A DNA stretch of 64,000 nucleotides from Tubiluchus corallicola (Eukaryota > Animalia > Priapulida), in the NCBI GenBank assembly GCA_030141605.1, contig JAQGDQ010000301.1, positions 124,001-188,000 of the forward strand. Reading direction: 5' to 3'. The translations under genes were made by a program, and so were the position numbers. The notes below the pieces were generated by a model. It was given only the letters and a program-made list of their open reading frames with translations, was not told the DNA's origin and ran no database searches. Each line of letters starts with the position of its first letter. Position 1 is the stretch's first letter. This document shows positions 10,436 through 25,400 of the stretch, in pieces.

Positions 10436-13400
10436 TTATGCTTGGCGGTTGAGGTCCTCTTCCTCCTCTAACGGTTCCAGTCCCTGCTCTAACTTGCGAT
10501 CAATTATTTCCCCCCTTTCATCACCTCCGTGTCGATGTTTCAACTCAAGCTGGTTATCGATAGGGATTTCTTTTCCTACATTTCCATCAACGACATTATT
10601 GCTGCTGTCATGGTTCTCTATACTTCTCAGTTCACTTTCATGCTCTATTCTGTGCTTTTCTTGCTTTCCAGGTTGCCTCCAAGAAAACTGTGGATTGTAA
10701 TTTTGGAAATATGCACCTAACATTGGCTTTCCGTGCAACAGAAGAGGGTTTTGGAGAAGACTATTCTTTTTGTTGGGTAATTTCAGATGTTCACTATTAG
10801 GGTTCAAATTACCATTCAGCTGGTAATCGTTTCTGTCCTTGGGAACCAGACCGAACTTGTGGTTCAGTTCATTTATTTCGCTTTGCTCTTTTTCGTTCAC
10901 ATTCACTCTAGGATGCAACTCAGGGTTTCTCTCATTAAAAGCATTATGCGAAACTCTCTCTGACTCTTGGTATGAATGTAATACTATGCGATCTTTACTG
11001 GTTTTCATTTCAGGTGTATTATATTTTCGTTTTATTTGAGCATTTGTCTCGGGTTTTTTAATCATTTTGTTGTCTTTGTTCATTTTAATGTCATCCCCCG
11101 GAGCTGGTATCTGCCTGTCCATATTATCAACACTTTTTTCATCTTTTGTCTTAACATTAGTTTCAAAGTTTTCAGCATTAAATCCATTCTTTGCATTGAT
11201 ACTATGACCAGCAGCAACAGGAGACTGATTACTTGAACTTTTCTCTGCAACTTTGACTTGTGCACTGCTACTATGACGTTCGTTATTCATATCTAGTTTT
11301 TCCCGAATATTATCATTAGCACTGGGTATGTGATTGTGCAACTTATTTACATTACCCTGTACAGAGTTGATTTGCACATCATGGGACTGTTCCTCATCTT
11401 CTTTTTCTCTGTTAAGAGGAGTAGGTATTTGTTGGTGTAAGCTATTAAAATTCTGTTCAGCAATCACATTATTCTGAACTTTCTTACTGTGGCTATCACT
11501 AGAAAAACCCAACTTGTGATTTTCATCTTTTATGCTTTTATCTGCTGATTCTAGCTCTGCATCTTCAGCTTGCTTTTTAAATGTGCCAACAACTTCAGTC
11601 TTCGGCACTTCCAGAGGTGATTTATTTAAATTTTTCACGCCATTTTTTATCCGTGAGTTCACCTTTGACTTTTTTAGACGTTTGCCCTGAAATTTTTCAC
11701 TCGACTTCTTATAAACAGGCATTGGAACATTACTGTTCACATCACTGACCTCACCTCTGTTTTGTGCCGAGAATTGATCAAGCGACGGTACATGATTGAC
11801 ACTTAATCCTTTACCATCTGACATCTGTGGCTTGTTGATTAGCATACGTTGATTAGCATGTTCTGTTTGCATTTTTAAAGATTGATCTTCAAACTGCTTA
11901 ACAATTTGCCTAGCTGGTTCTTCGCGAAGTATATACTTATTTGTAGAATGCTCACTTCTCACCTGCTGAGGCAGTTCATGTCCTAATCTATTTGAATACG
12001 GTGCCATGTCAACTTGAGGGTCCTGTATTCTTGCTAGGGTATCGTAGTTGCGTCCTTTATCACTTAGATTTTGAGTCTCCACTGCATTGGCCAAATACAA
12101 TTGTTGCCTGCAAATCATTTAAGTTATCAAACAATGTGGCTTTAAACAGTGTGAAAGTATAAAGTGGACTTTACCTAGCATATGCGTTATGGGAGTGCGG
12201 AATAGATAAAACCGGTCTATATTGTTTTCAACGTACCCGTTTACCAGACCTGCATTATGCGTTTTTTTGCTGTAGCTATTTTCTACTGATTTTTTATTCC
12301 GCAGGTGGCTAACGCATGCGCATTCCGGATACTAGGTAAACACCACTTAACAATGTGACATTAAAATTATGTTTGACTTGGGAAGTTTTTATAGAAGCTA
12401 GTTTATCTCCCTGCAGTACTGGCAACATTTAATATTTGTCACTTTGTATATCAATGCACTCATTCTTCCTCATATTCAGTTTTCCTACTTTCTCACTTTA
12501 CATGTACTACACATTTTAAAAATATTGTTTTGTGTTACTTTCAGTAGTTCCGTGATCATGCAACTATGTAGGCTAGACCACTTAAAGCATAAAATCGAAA
12601 ATGGCTGACATCAGATACGTTAAAATCATAATGTAGTTAAAAATGACATCAAATACGAATTACTTGGCTCCTGCTGGCCCTAAAATGAGATACTAGCTTT
12701 GTAACCACAACACTAAAAACTTAAAATTCAAAATAGCTGATGGTCGATATTTAGGATTTGAAGATCAAAAGTAGGTCAAATCATAAAAATATCAAAAATA
12801 AGTACCTACACAGAAAGCCCCAGAAAACATATGCAGCGCCATAAGCCAAATCAATGAAGATCATTTTCAGCAGTGGTCATTTTATATTTTGAGCACTTGC
12901 AAAGTTTGTTTACATTTTTGCGTGGGGCATGGGGGATAAGTTTTTTATTTAACCTTCGTAGACAACAAATGCACTGAGAACCAAACCTTCGCTCTACAGT
13001 CAAAAAACAACTGAAAATGACCCAACTATAAAATTACAGTGATAAAGCCTCTATTGTTAACAAAATAACTAAATTAGCTATAGTAAGCATGACTTATTTA
13101 TGTTACTTATAGTTAATGTCTGTCAATAGCAAAATAATCTTTTTTAAACATGATCTGAGAATAGGCTTATTTACTGATCTCAGCCTAGCACGCATCAATA
13201 CGTGCAACACCAATAAGACATGACATGACAGAACAGATGAACTCTGCATACAGATGGAAAATCTTTTTTTAACCAAATAGAACTTCTCTTAATGGCTTAC
13301 TATGACAACATGAATTCTTACAAGTAGTAAACAATAAAAAACAGTACAAGAGAAAACAGAAATGTGATACCTTTTGTAGGCTGGCTGTTGTACAGCTTGG

Positions 13401-16400
13401 CGCCTTCTGCGATTTTCCTGTAATATATAATACTGGTGATGATACAGCATCTTACAACGCTCGTTTGTCTTCAAACGTCATAACATAGGCAGTTGGCAAC
13501 GTGCAACTTTACATGACATATAGCACAGAAGATTCGGCATTCGTTGTGAATGAGTGTCCAACTGAATGTACGCTGTATGGACTGAGCAGATTCTTAATTG
13601 AAGAGTTCTGCTAAATGACTGCATGTGTTTTGACTGCCACTTCACATATGAGCAGACCTTTATGCAGAAAACACAAAAGTTTGATACGACAGTTACATTG
13701 GTAAAGGCACTCCAAGCAAACAATAGGGCAAAACCAGACACTCTTCAATTTCTGCTTTTTGTTTCAGCATTTGATTTGGTTTCTGAGGTGCAAATTTTTC
13801 CCACCTGCCCTTGGTAACTGAAATAAGGGCACAAATGCAGTTCCTCACCAATCTATCACTACTTGTTAGGCCTGGGCCTCATAGAATGCGTGAATTGTGA
13901 TGAAAGAGTTGCAAGTCATGAATCACACACTGGCTGTTCTAGTTTGGTACATCCTGCCAGTAACGCAGCTTACTAACTGATATTACTTCAGTAAAGCACT
14001 ATATTATGGGTACTGAATTATGGGCAAGGAATGTTATTATACAGACAAGCATGGTAAAATTCTCACTGCATGGCTTGCATGCACCGAAAGGAAAAAAGAT
14101 TATACTAGAAAAAAATGGGCCTGGTCATTAGGGGATAAATTAACTCCATCTTTTCCCTTCAGGTATAATGTTTATAAATAAAACAATAAACCAAATAAAA
14201 GCATAAATTTTTCTTATTATTAAATTAACATTTTAACAAGTTGTCAATATAGTGATATATATGGAAGTAATCCTTCAGAAAGTTTCTTTTCTATGCTTTA
14301 TACAGATCTGTAGATGAAATTTGCACATAAGGCTCTACTAAATAAAATACCTTAGCAACACCTGCATGCAAAAAATTATCTGAGTTGAAGGTGTACTGAC
14401 TATTAATGTGCTTGTTAAAAAATTTTGTTCACGGCTTCTAATCAGACTAATACAACTTCATAATGCTAAAATGTAATTCATATGCTAGTAATAGTGACTG
14501 AGGAATGGCAATGAATAATAAATAATCAAATCTTTCTAGGTTAGCAGCTACATGCAAAAATAGTGAATCATATTATGCACATTACAAACAGCAGCTAATA
14601 GAACAGACATAAATATAATACATATTGCAATATTTTGAATGGGCAGAAAAGCACTAGACACAAAATTTTAGCAACACCTCAATATTATAGAAACTTATTT
14701 ACATTTTAGCATCAATACGTCAAAATAAATTTCTTGGTAGTATCGCTTCATTACAGCAATAATGATGATGATGACAGCAAATATACTGTGTCAGCCTGTA
14801 TTTGTATAAGATGCTCATGCAATTTGGATGATTACAGGGAACATGTGCAAAAACCACAAAATAACTAAAGAAGAAAGCAAGTGAATTTTTTATTTTACTT
14901 TTTAAAAAAAATCAGTTTACACACATAGTCCCCAATTCTGCATCATGACCATGATCAACATCATCATCTACTTCAACATAATTATCATCACCATCACCTA
15001 GTTACCAACGCCACAAGGAAATGGAATAGAAACAGAAATTTGATACAGAATATCGGTGAACTGGTACAGAATAGCCATAATACATGCATAACCCAAGGTT
15101 AAATTGTTAACAGATGGTCATTTGTTTGAATTACGCCACTTTACCAGATAATTTAGATACTTATATTAGAAAACTTACAACCTTATGTAGTGTTAACTAG
15201 TTAACTAATTTTGTTCTCTAGCTCAATAATAACTGCTGACGGTTTTGTGTAAAAGACAGTCAAACAAAAACACTAAGAAAGCTAACAACATCCAATATGA
15301 GTCATAGCTGTAGGAGCAAAGTAATACAATTGATGCTAAATGACTTAATTACTACAATCTCAAATTAACAAATAATTATTATGCATGCACTCATGCAGTT
15401 AGTATAAATAAGATTAAATTAGCTTAAATACATGCAGGCAGGTAAGCAAAGATGAGAAGTAAACATGTAAGTGTTAGTCCATCCACCAGGAAGCATGCAA
15501 TTTCATAATAACACCTGTGAAATAAGTAAAAGATAAAATAAAATGTATGAACGCATATGCAAGATTATTTTAAAAGAAAATCAACTTTTTTTAACCAATA
15601 ATAGTGGAATTTTCTCAATGTTCGAACTTCTACTTCATCGCAATGAAAAGGGTGAAATGCTGAGTCATCTCGCCAGTAGGCTAATAGGAGCGCTGGTGAA
15701 ATCTTGAGGCCAATCGGACATTGGTGGAGGGACAACCAGATAAAAGCACAGACTTTTCTCCTTTGATGTATTTTGCACGATTCGTTTCTAATTTCGAATG
15801 TCCAGTATGTGTTTTGAATTTTAACAAAAAAATAAATAAATAAAATAAAATAAAAAATAGAATTTTTTGGTTAAATTCAAACTAATGGTAGGAAATCCTC
15901 CAGTTAAAATGTATAGAATTTATGATGTAGTTTTTATAGACTTAGTTTTTATTCTGTTCAAATTTTTGCTTGAATTTGTAAATTATTTATTCATAAATGC
16001 ATTTATGATTCTTTGAATGATAGTGTAAAACAATTATGTTAGAAATATAAACAGTAAGGAAAACCATAGATGCGTTTTAAGATGGTACACTAAAAATATA
16101 GCACAGACTATATTTTAGTTCCTTGTGAATTTATTGCTTTGAAATTATTCTCTTCCACAGAAATAGAATTTTTCATTACTGGATATCATACTGTTACATT
16201 TCATAATAGCAAAAATATAAGAGTTTTTCAAGCATCACTGTACAGCTCAGGTAAAAATAAACTAAGGGCAGAGAGGGGCAATTCAGACAAATACAAAAAT
16301 ATACTAAGAAGCTTATTTTAAGTAACAGTCAAGACGATTTCTGCAAAAATTTCCTTCTGTAAAAGATAAATTAGTAAAGTACATTAAAGACAGCTTACCC

Positions 16401-19400
16401 CTTTGGGTATGTGTTCCTCCTCCACATTTTCATTCACAGGAGGTTGTGGCTTTAGTTCAATTTTATGCAGTGGCTTCTTGTGTTCTTTCTGCAACTGCTA
16501 AAAATATTAAACATTTAACCGCCTTTCTAAAAGACAAGTAAGCATTTAATATAAATTTTCACGTAATTTAACTGAAATTAAATTCTTTAGGTATTTAGCT
16601 GATGTCTTGCTCATTAAGTTGAGACATACACAAGTAGCTTATAGGATAAAAATGGAATTTTCCACATATATTTTTTGACAGGAAATTTTGCACAAGTCAC
16701 TTCTAAGCACAAGGTGAAGGACAAGTAAAAACACAGAAGCCCAGACGTAGTCAAGTTTGAACACACAGTGATCAAATTCGGACAAGTTTCGACGCGAGAA
16801 GGGCTACCACAGGCAAGTTGGGACACAGGCAAGTAAGAAGACAGGCAAGCTTAGATACATATTAATTGGATACGAATAAGCTTGGACACAGAAAAGTTTT
16901 GATATGGACAGTTTGAACACACGATAATTGAACGGTGATAATGTTAAATTTACCTGGGTGGTAAATTTAAAAAAAGAAACAAATTGATGATGGCAAGTCT
17001 GGACACGGGCACGTTTGAACACACAAAAATTGGACAGAGACGAAGTCCAGAGAAAATCAAACATACAAACGGATGGAGACAAGGGAACGGAGAACAGTTT
17101 GTATGCATGACGACTTAACACGCACAAGTTTGGATGCAAACAATTTGGGACATAGGTACACTTATGAACATACATTAAGAATGATTGTGAATGCACTGAA
17201 AATTTTTGGACCAAACAGGATTCAAACCTAATACCTCCCTGCTTATACAGTAGGTTACTCTACAAGTTCAGTTACTGGCACAAACACACAGTTCCTGCAC
17301 CTTTCTACAGGCTATCCAAAACACAAAGGCATTATGCTTATAGTTACAATGATTAGCCTAACAGCTAATTAACTGAAAAAAGAGGCACTGAAGAAGAGGG
17401 TTACATGCGCATGCTCGTACGTGAATTTGGCATGCATGAGGTTATATAATCTGAATAAATGTGCATATTTCACATACCACTTTTACTTCAGTGTTTGAAC
17501 TCTGTTGTAATGACTGCAACTTAGCCTGTATAAAATATAAGTTATAAATTAAAAAAGAATCAAAAAACTACACTCACATTAATTCAACATTTCCATTATT
17601 AAAATTCAAACATTTCAAAATTTTGAATGTGCTCCAAACGAAAAATTCCAGAATTTTGCGAAACTAAACTTACTTCTGCAATCCCCTCCTCCATATAAGT
17701 GTCAAAGACTAGAGAAAACTTCAGGAAGATACATTGACATTAAAACAATTATTTCAGTGTAAAAGCTACTATTTGACCAAGTATCTAACAGAAAGAAGAC
17801 AAACTGATTACCTCACAATTTCTTCTTCTTGACCCACACTCTGTATAATTTCCTTGTACAACCTTTAAGTTGCCCTGTTAAAAATCAATAAAATAACACT
17901 TAAACGTTGCTATTACAAATAATAATAATAATTAGATTCACTAAAACACATAGTGAGGCTTAGCAGTTGCAATGCCACTACACTATACACCTAAATTCCA
18001 AAGTCGTTCATCAAACTTTGCCTTTCTCTCAGTGTTGTCCAAGTTAAGTGATAGCAACAAACATTAACAATTAAATAGTATTAATGGCTGCAACCATGAG
18101 TTTAATGGTTATGAACCATTTTAAATAAAATGATTTAAAACTTGTGAAAAGCAGGTTGCTAAGTGGAATTTTGATGGCTCACGATAACAAGTCATTCATG
18201 AGCTGATCAACTTTTTTAGATAGATCACAAATCGAACAAAATATATAAATATTGCTATTACAAAAATTAAAGTGTATTGTCTTACCAGTTATTTTACATA
18301 TCAAAAGATATTACCCACAAGTCTTCAATGACGAAACTGCATCATTTATTTGTAATCAATTATTTGATACTCAAGACTTCATTAATCTTATCAGCAAAGT
18401 AAAATAAAAACCAAATGTGTCAATGGAATTTGCAGCGTTCGTTTTGTCACAGATGATGAAAAATTCCCAAACTATTGACAATAAACAATGCTCCAAGTGA
18501 GACATGTCAAATAACAAAAAACTGATGATAATGTCCAAAAAGAGTGAAACTAGAACTAAAACCTAGGATTTAAACTTAATCACCATTTAGAAATGTACAA
18601 AGTTACCTGATTCATAGAAAAAAATTCCTAAAAAAAAGAGACATCATTCACTACAAACTATGCCACGAATGATGGTGTGAAATATGTAGCACAATAAAAC
18701 ACCTTTCATGATCAAAACTCAGCAGAGGGACTGAAATGCTTGATCTGCTGTATGTTTGGCTGGTGCTCTTTGACGTGGGAACTCCTTGCAAAGGCAAATG
18801 AATGAAATGGATGGTATGAATATGATAACGCAGTGTTTTACTGTGGCGCCTATAATGAAGTCATAAACTAGCAATGGGTAATTACCTCAGCAGTTCGCAT
18901 TCTCTTCCCACACGCCGTGTAGTTGGCTCTTAGACTAGTAAGGGATGATTTTAATTGCTCCATCGTATCTAATAACCACAATTAACATTATAATGTTAGA
19001 AAAGATGCAATTTAAAAACTCAAACTACAAGACTATTAGGTACAGCATTATATAAATAATGTCTAGTTTGAGGACAATAGCACATTTATGATCACGAGGG
19101 GTCATATATGCACTTTTGCTCAAAAAATCTTTTATTAATATATACCAATATACTAATATAAAACCAAATTATAATTATGAGTTATTACTAATAAGATTAA
19201 ACACACACAAATACACACTACCACAGCACACATCGCTTAGCAGTTCCTAAAAACAAATAGACAGGCAACATCATTTACTCCAGTATGCCTACGATTAATG
19301 TACTATTTACTGATCACGTGACACCATGTAATGAATTGCCGAATTTGTTTGAAATTGTCAGCAATCCATAGACAACTATTTTCCACCAAGTGGCACAGCT

Positions 19401-22400
19401 TGCATAACATATATAACCAATGGCATTATCCTCCATATGTTGGTAATTAACAGCCTGTCAACTTCAGCAGAAGTATAGCTAGACGGGACAAGTTTTCACT
19501 CTGGTTTATTGAAAGAAGATGTTCTTCTAGCTAGGAGGAAATAATTGGCAAGACACATGAAGATGCCATTAACACAGGCAATGATCAATTGCGATATCTC
19601 TGTTTGCATGTTTACACCATTTTTCATTGTCTCCTAAGTGCAGTACAACTGCCTTCTCTATGCCATAGACACCGATGCCTCTTCTGTGTTAAGTGAAGTT
19701 AGTGCCTGGATATCACAGGTTTAGTAGCATGCAATGTAAAATTACTTCTCTATAAACTATAGCGCTTTATTATTTAATCAGTTTATCACCAAATCTTCAT
19801 TTGAGCTTAAACTTTTTGAGTTTCAAAAGAGTTTGTTGTACAAATGCAACTGGGTTAAGTACTATATACCTTGCTAGATTAGACTGATTTGGAATGAAAC
19901 ATGTGCCTTGATGCGAAGAATATTGCTGTAGACAATTTTGTTTTAAACTTTCATAGGACTGCAAGCACTTACACACTTGAGCGGCTTTTTTAACTTGCCC
20001 CTAGTTGGCCGGCAAAAATCACTCAGTCACCATAGCAATGGCAACTTTCCAATATCCAATCGAGTGCTGTGTTGTCAGACCCTATAGCAAGGCAATGCAC
20101 ATAGGGGGCTGCGTGATACAAATGCCCTGGCAACCTACTGTTTCAGCTAAGCTGTGGCTTGTTGCTGCGTGAATTTGTAGATTTTTTTTATACAAATATC
20201 AGTTGTGCACAAAAAATCCATGTTCAATATTTGCATAAATAACATATTCCAGTTGGATATTTCTTTAGCCATTTCAAAATGTTGGGTGTTTTTGTTCAAA
20301 TATTTAGATGACTTAACTACTTGAGAAAAATCTGCCAGTTCCCATGAGAAATGCTTCATTTACTTGTACAAACAGCATAAAACTCTTGATAAATTTACTC
20401 AAAACGCATAAAGCCCAAAACAGACCTTGGTGGAAAAACGAGACCACTACAGAGCTTAAGAACCCGTCCTAATAGATTTGCTAACCATTTTGCCTGGCAA
20501 TACTCACTGTAAGAAAATTAATGGACATCGAGTAAAAACTGAAATTTTCAATGGCCTGTAAGTTAATCAGGTGCAACAATAAACTAGTAATTGCACTATT
20601 TGCAGTCGGATGTAGAATGTCAATGAGTTGACAATTCTCGTAAGTGTCTTCTCGGTTATACAAGCATTTCCCTGTTTGTTAAGTTTGTTTTGTTCTTTTG
20701 GATCAGGCAGATTCATACCTTTATTTTCTTGTAAAGTTTTCTTCAGATTAGCTACTTCATCTTTTTGTTTGACATTCATTTTTTGTAACTCGTTTTGGCA
20801 AATATTGAGTTCTAGTTGAACACTGCTAACATCATCATCTTTTTGGTCCTGAAAAAGAAACAGTTGAGTACTGAAGGCAATCTAAATGGATCAGTTAGTC
20901 AGATGTCCCACCAGAGTGGAAACACATGGCACTTATAGATTTTAAACTCATTATCTTAGAAAGCAATAATTTCAGATTAAGCTACAAATAATGGCAAAAA
21001 TATTTGAATAATTTGCATCTGCTTATTCTTAAACGGTAACAAAATTTATTGACCTTAGAATCCTTTAAAACCAGACAACAGTATGAAAGATGCTGTTCTT
21101 TTTTAAAAAATACATTATTCCATTTATTACATTGCAAATAAATACTGGCTAGTGCATTGCTTGCGCACACTAACCAAAAGCTGATCTATACACCAATGTA
21201 TTTTATAGTGTACATGATTGGGAAAAAACAGCCAGTATTCGTACCTTGAAAAGCTTGAACTGCTGATCCAGAGCAGTATACCTATTATCAGCCTCAAGCT
21301 GAAACGAATCAAAAGTCTGTAAACGCACTTGCCAGCAAAATGTTAACGATTTGCTCCATAAACTATAAAGCTACATTTATATGTTTACTTGTTTACAGTT
21401 AAGAAGGCTTGAGAACTTTATCCCCAAAACAGTCTTAGCTCCTCTGGAAGCACACAAGTCCAGCAGAAGACAAAATACGCCTAATATAATTACTTATCTT
21501 ACTGCTCAATGCCCACTGCCCATCTCATACTTACTTTTGTTCATTTGTAATGCCATCAGGGATTTGTGAAGCAGCAGTATTTGCAAAGAACCACACTCAA
21601 GACTGACTTCAAGTGTGAAGACTTAGTGAGAGTGAAATTTGCAATCTGTAGATTATGAGTCCAGGATATACATAAAATTGTAGATAATTAGGCAATGTAA
21701 ATGTATAAGTGATCAGTTTTGAAGAATCATTATCTAGAATGCTGCTGCTTTCGTGCCACTAAGCACTGCCAGAAAGCGTTCACGGCATTGTTATAGTTAC
21801 AGTTATAGTTACGCCAAAATTAAATATATATGCTAGTGGAAACCAGCTGCAAATAAATTTCCAGTTCGTAATTACCTTCTGTTTTGCTAATTGATCTTCT
21901 GCCTCCAATCGATGAGCAAGAAATTCTGAAAACAGTTTACATATGTCACAAACGAAATTGTACAGTGTTTTACCTCTTGCTATAACATGGTTTACCGAAT
22001 GACTACCAAGAACACGAGTCACACGTGGATCACATTTTAAAATCACGTTTTCTAAACATACCAATTATCCACTAGTTCGTTTTTGCCTTTTGCTCACATG
22101 TCATAAAAATTACAGAATATAAGAACTTTAACACTACAAGTCAATCCTATCCTTTCAATTTTATCATTTGTTTGCGTAGCAAATGAAGTTTTTCTTTCAA
22201 AAAATTCTTGAAGCTGCAAATCCTTGTTTGCAATTTTTCTTCAATTCAGGATGTTATAACGAGTGTTTAACTTTTTTGTTATTGTATTGTAGTAAGCAGC
22301 GGATTTATCATGCCTTGAAGTATGTGTTTTCCATACTTCAGTATTTTTGTGTAAGAATATTTATTTACGCCATTTACTCGTACTCGTATGCAGTACAATA

Positions 22401-25400
22401 AATACGCATGGAAAAATAACAAATGATAAGAATTACGATAAATTTGTTCGAGCTGTACATGTTAAACAAAGGCAAAGTAAAAAAAAAGAATGACAAAAAA
22501 CCATAGCATCAATTATGTTATCATTTTGGTCTCAGCAAATGGTCAAGTACTTTAAAATTTCATACAGTTGACACTTTCTAAAAAAATAAAAATATTTGGT
22601 TTCTATAGTCCATAAAATGTCCTTTATAAAAGTAATAACTGCCAGCTGACTGTCAGAGATCTTAAGCATTTTATCAGTAATGAGACCCAGTATTTTTAAT
22701 CTAAATTCATGAACTATCAATTCCATAGTGGTTAATGATTGACACTAAATTGTAGCACATAACTGAAGTGGAACAATGCTGAGCTTGGTGAGCATTACAA
22801 CGAATAATGTGATTACTGTTACTTAAACACTTAAAATAAAACTCATCGAATTGCTTCTGGAACTGTTTATTAGGAGGCAAAATATCAACTACAAATGGTA
22901 ACATATATCTATGTGTTTTGTAAAGGCAATGTCGCAGTTTTCTGACAACTATGTGCCATGACGAGAGCAACGTGTTAATTTTCTCACACAGTCTCCATGT
23001 TTTGGAACCATAATACGCGTGGCAGTACGTTATAAATATTAGCAATTTTAGATTGGTGTTGAGGTACGAAAAGTTAGCAGTGACATGATTGGCACGATAT
23101 ATAAAATCATTACGCTTAGCTAATAAAAATCATCATTATGATCATTAGGATTATCAGTTAAAACATGATCAAGATGAGTTACATTGTTACAAAATTGCAT
23201 AGCAGTTCCCCCAAGAAAGATTAATGGGTTTTGACAGTTTACTTGACATTTGCGGTTAGTAAAAATGATACATTTACTTTTTATCTTGTTTCCTTGTATA
23301 TTACATAACAATAAGTAGGCTACCTGCAAGACGCATGTACAACAATTAGCGACTTTCGATTAAATTTAAAAAATAACGTAAATTTAACTGAAAACGATAG
23401 CTATCTCAGAATACTAGCAAAATAGTACATTTGTCATTTTATGAATATTTACTCAGCACAGCAACGAAATGTGATTATCAATGGAAGTGACCAGTGAGTA
23501 ATAAATGAGAATTGTTTGGTTTGTGCATTTTTAATTCACTGCTGTCCATTTTTACATATTAGACATTCGTGTCAATTAGTATCATTTTGAACATCAAAGA
23601 TACCATGATTATTTTGTTCAAATTATTTAAATACATGTCATTAAAGGCTGAAATATTCCGAGAAATAAAATCTGCATACAAAAGACATAGCAAACAACAT
23701 AAAAACAAGTCATACACATTTTATCTTCTACGCCACTAGAAGAAATTTTAGTTACCAACTCGCTCAACTGCAAATAACACTATAAGTGCACTGTAAAATA
23801 CAAAATTAAATAAATACATCTCCACACCGCCACTTATTTATTTGTTTATAATACTAATGAGAAAAATAGCATAGGTACAGTTAACGAGCATCAGCATAAT
23901 TAAGCAAAGCATTGGCTTGTGTAAGCTTGGTAATGTATTAGTCGAACATTATATCGAAATAATTTAGTCAAGCAGCAGGAAGCAAGAAAAGGCAAAGCTA
24001 GTTGATGCAAACGAGTTTTCAAACAAGTAGCTCCTTGTATATATATATATATATATACAATCATGTAGTTATATATGATCATGTACATTACGTCTCACTG
24101 TAACCAAATACAGTAGGGCTAAAACACTGGGACGAGGGGCTTTCTGATGACAAAGGAAACAGCCCTGGGTAAAATAGGGTAGCTAAAGTCATATCTATTA
24201 CAGATGATTCTGACCTATATGTGACATGTCATGAAATGAGTCTTACCCTCCTTTGTACTTTTATGATCACTTGATTCCCGTTGTAATAATGACTCCAAGT
24301 TTCTTTTATTTTCATAAACAACTGAAATTTGAAAACTGAAAATTAAAAATAAAATTTACCTCAGCAAACAAAACAGAATAAAAAAACTGTGAGCAGCACA
24401 GGACAATCAAAAATGTAAGGGAAAAAAAATCACTTGTATCAACGCAATTTTGCAAAATGAGTATGAAGAATGGGGTTTATCATGGCTAGTTGCTGCTTAC
24501 ACGAATAACACATATTTAAGTATTTCAATACTTTGTACAGGAGTACAAAGTGCATTTACTGGTTTGTGTTTCTGCAAACCCTCACATGATCTGTTTCTCA
24601 CTCACTCGCTTCCTCCTTTCTCCTTCTTCTCTCTCCCGTTTCTTATTCACTTGAACACCTCTCCGGTTTTTCTCAGGCTCACCACCACACCCTCTTTTTT
24701 GTTTAAAAACATTATAAATTATCTGGAAAACATAAGCCTTTTGTTATGGAAGATTTCTAACTAGCACGATTTTAATATGCAAAATCACAGTAATCAGCGT
24801 TATTCGTGACTTGGACTATATAGGCCATCTATTTTTTTATCACTATAACAGTGCTCTGTGAATGAACATAACATTTTGACCCACAATGAAATATTATGCA
24901 AACTAAAATCTGTTTAAGAAGTAACAGTCATGTCCACTACTTTTACAGATGAAATCAGCACTTTTTTGTTGATATTGAGCAGACTTGTATAAGATAATAT
25001 ATCTTATAAACAATGCTTCAGTATACGTTATTGGAAAATAAACGGACATGTCAACATTTGTGAAAGTGAACAAAGCATAAATCAGATGTAAGGGCTTTTG
25101 TACTGAGATTGTAAATTTAAAGCAATACAGGATAATTTTTCATATGCTACTTCATTGTCAAGTCCGATGAAAAGTATACATTTTAACACAATTAATGCTG
25201 CAAAAGTGTTTCTGATAATCAAATAATAGATTAAAAACTTAATTAATAACGGGCGAGCCCAACTATTGATGACATCACAAACTAACATAATTTTCAACAG
25301 CAAAAATATTCCACGAGCGTGTTGCACGTGTTTGTGAAAGATAAAATTGAAGTACAGTGCTGCTGCAAGAGATTCAGTGTGTTGTACTAAAACTACCCAA

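Noticed and set aside
6434-11265. Short ORFs antisense or out of frame to the DEG/ENaC CDS and the GOLIM4 terminal exon
   Set aside because: Shadow ORFs of real coding sequence with no independent motifs.
12175-12331. Open minus-strand segment with AG/GT ends just upstream of the GOLIM4 terminal exon
   Set aside because: Phases are incompatible with the flanking exons; phase-2 entry hits a stop.
13897-13980. Box C (GTGATGA) and box D (CTGA) at snoRNA spacing, with a 12-nt match to the 18S rRNA 5' end (atcctgccagta)
   Set aside because: The boxes are antisense to the host gene, the rRNA match is sense rather than guide orientation on that strand, and there is no clear terminal stem; probably chance.
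14915-14997. Acidic minus-strand peptide GDGDDNYVEVDDDVDHGHDAE after a tag acceptor in a GOLIM4 intron
   Set aside because: It needs a phase-1 entry, but the upstream exon ends in phase 0; a low-complexity CAT-rich tract explains it. It remains possible as a rare isoform.
17205-17278. Functional tRNA gene
   Set aside because: A/B boxes are degenerate and the stems do not pair; treated as a SINE head.
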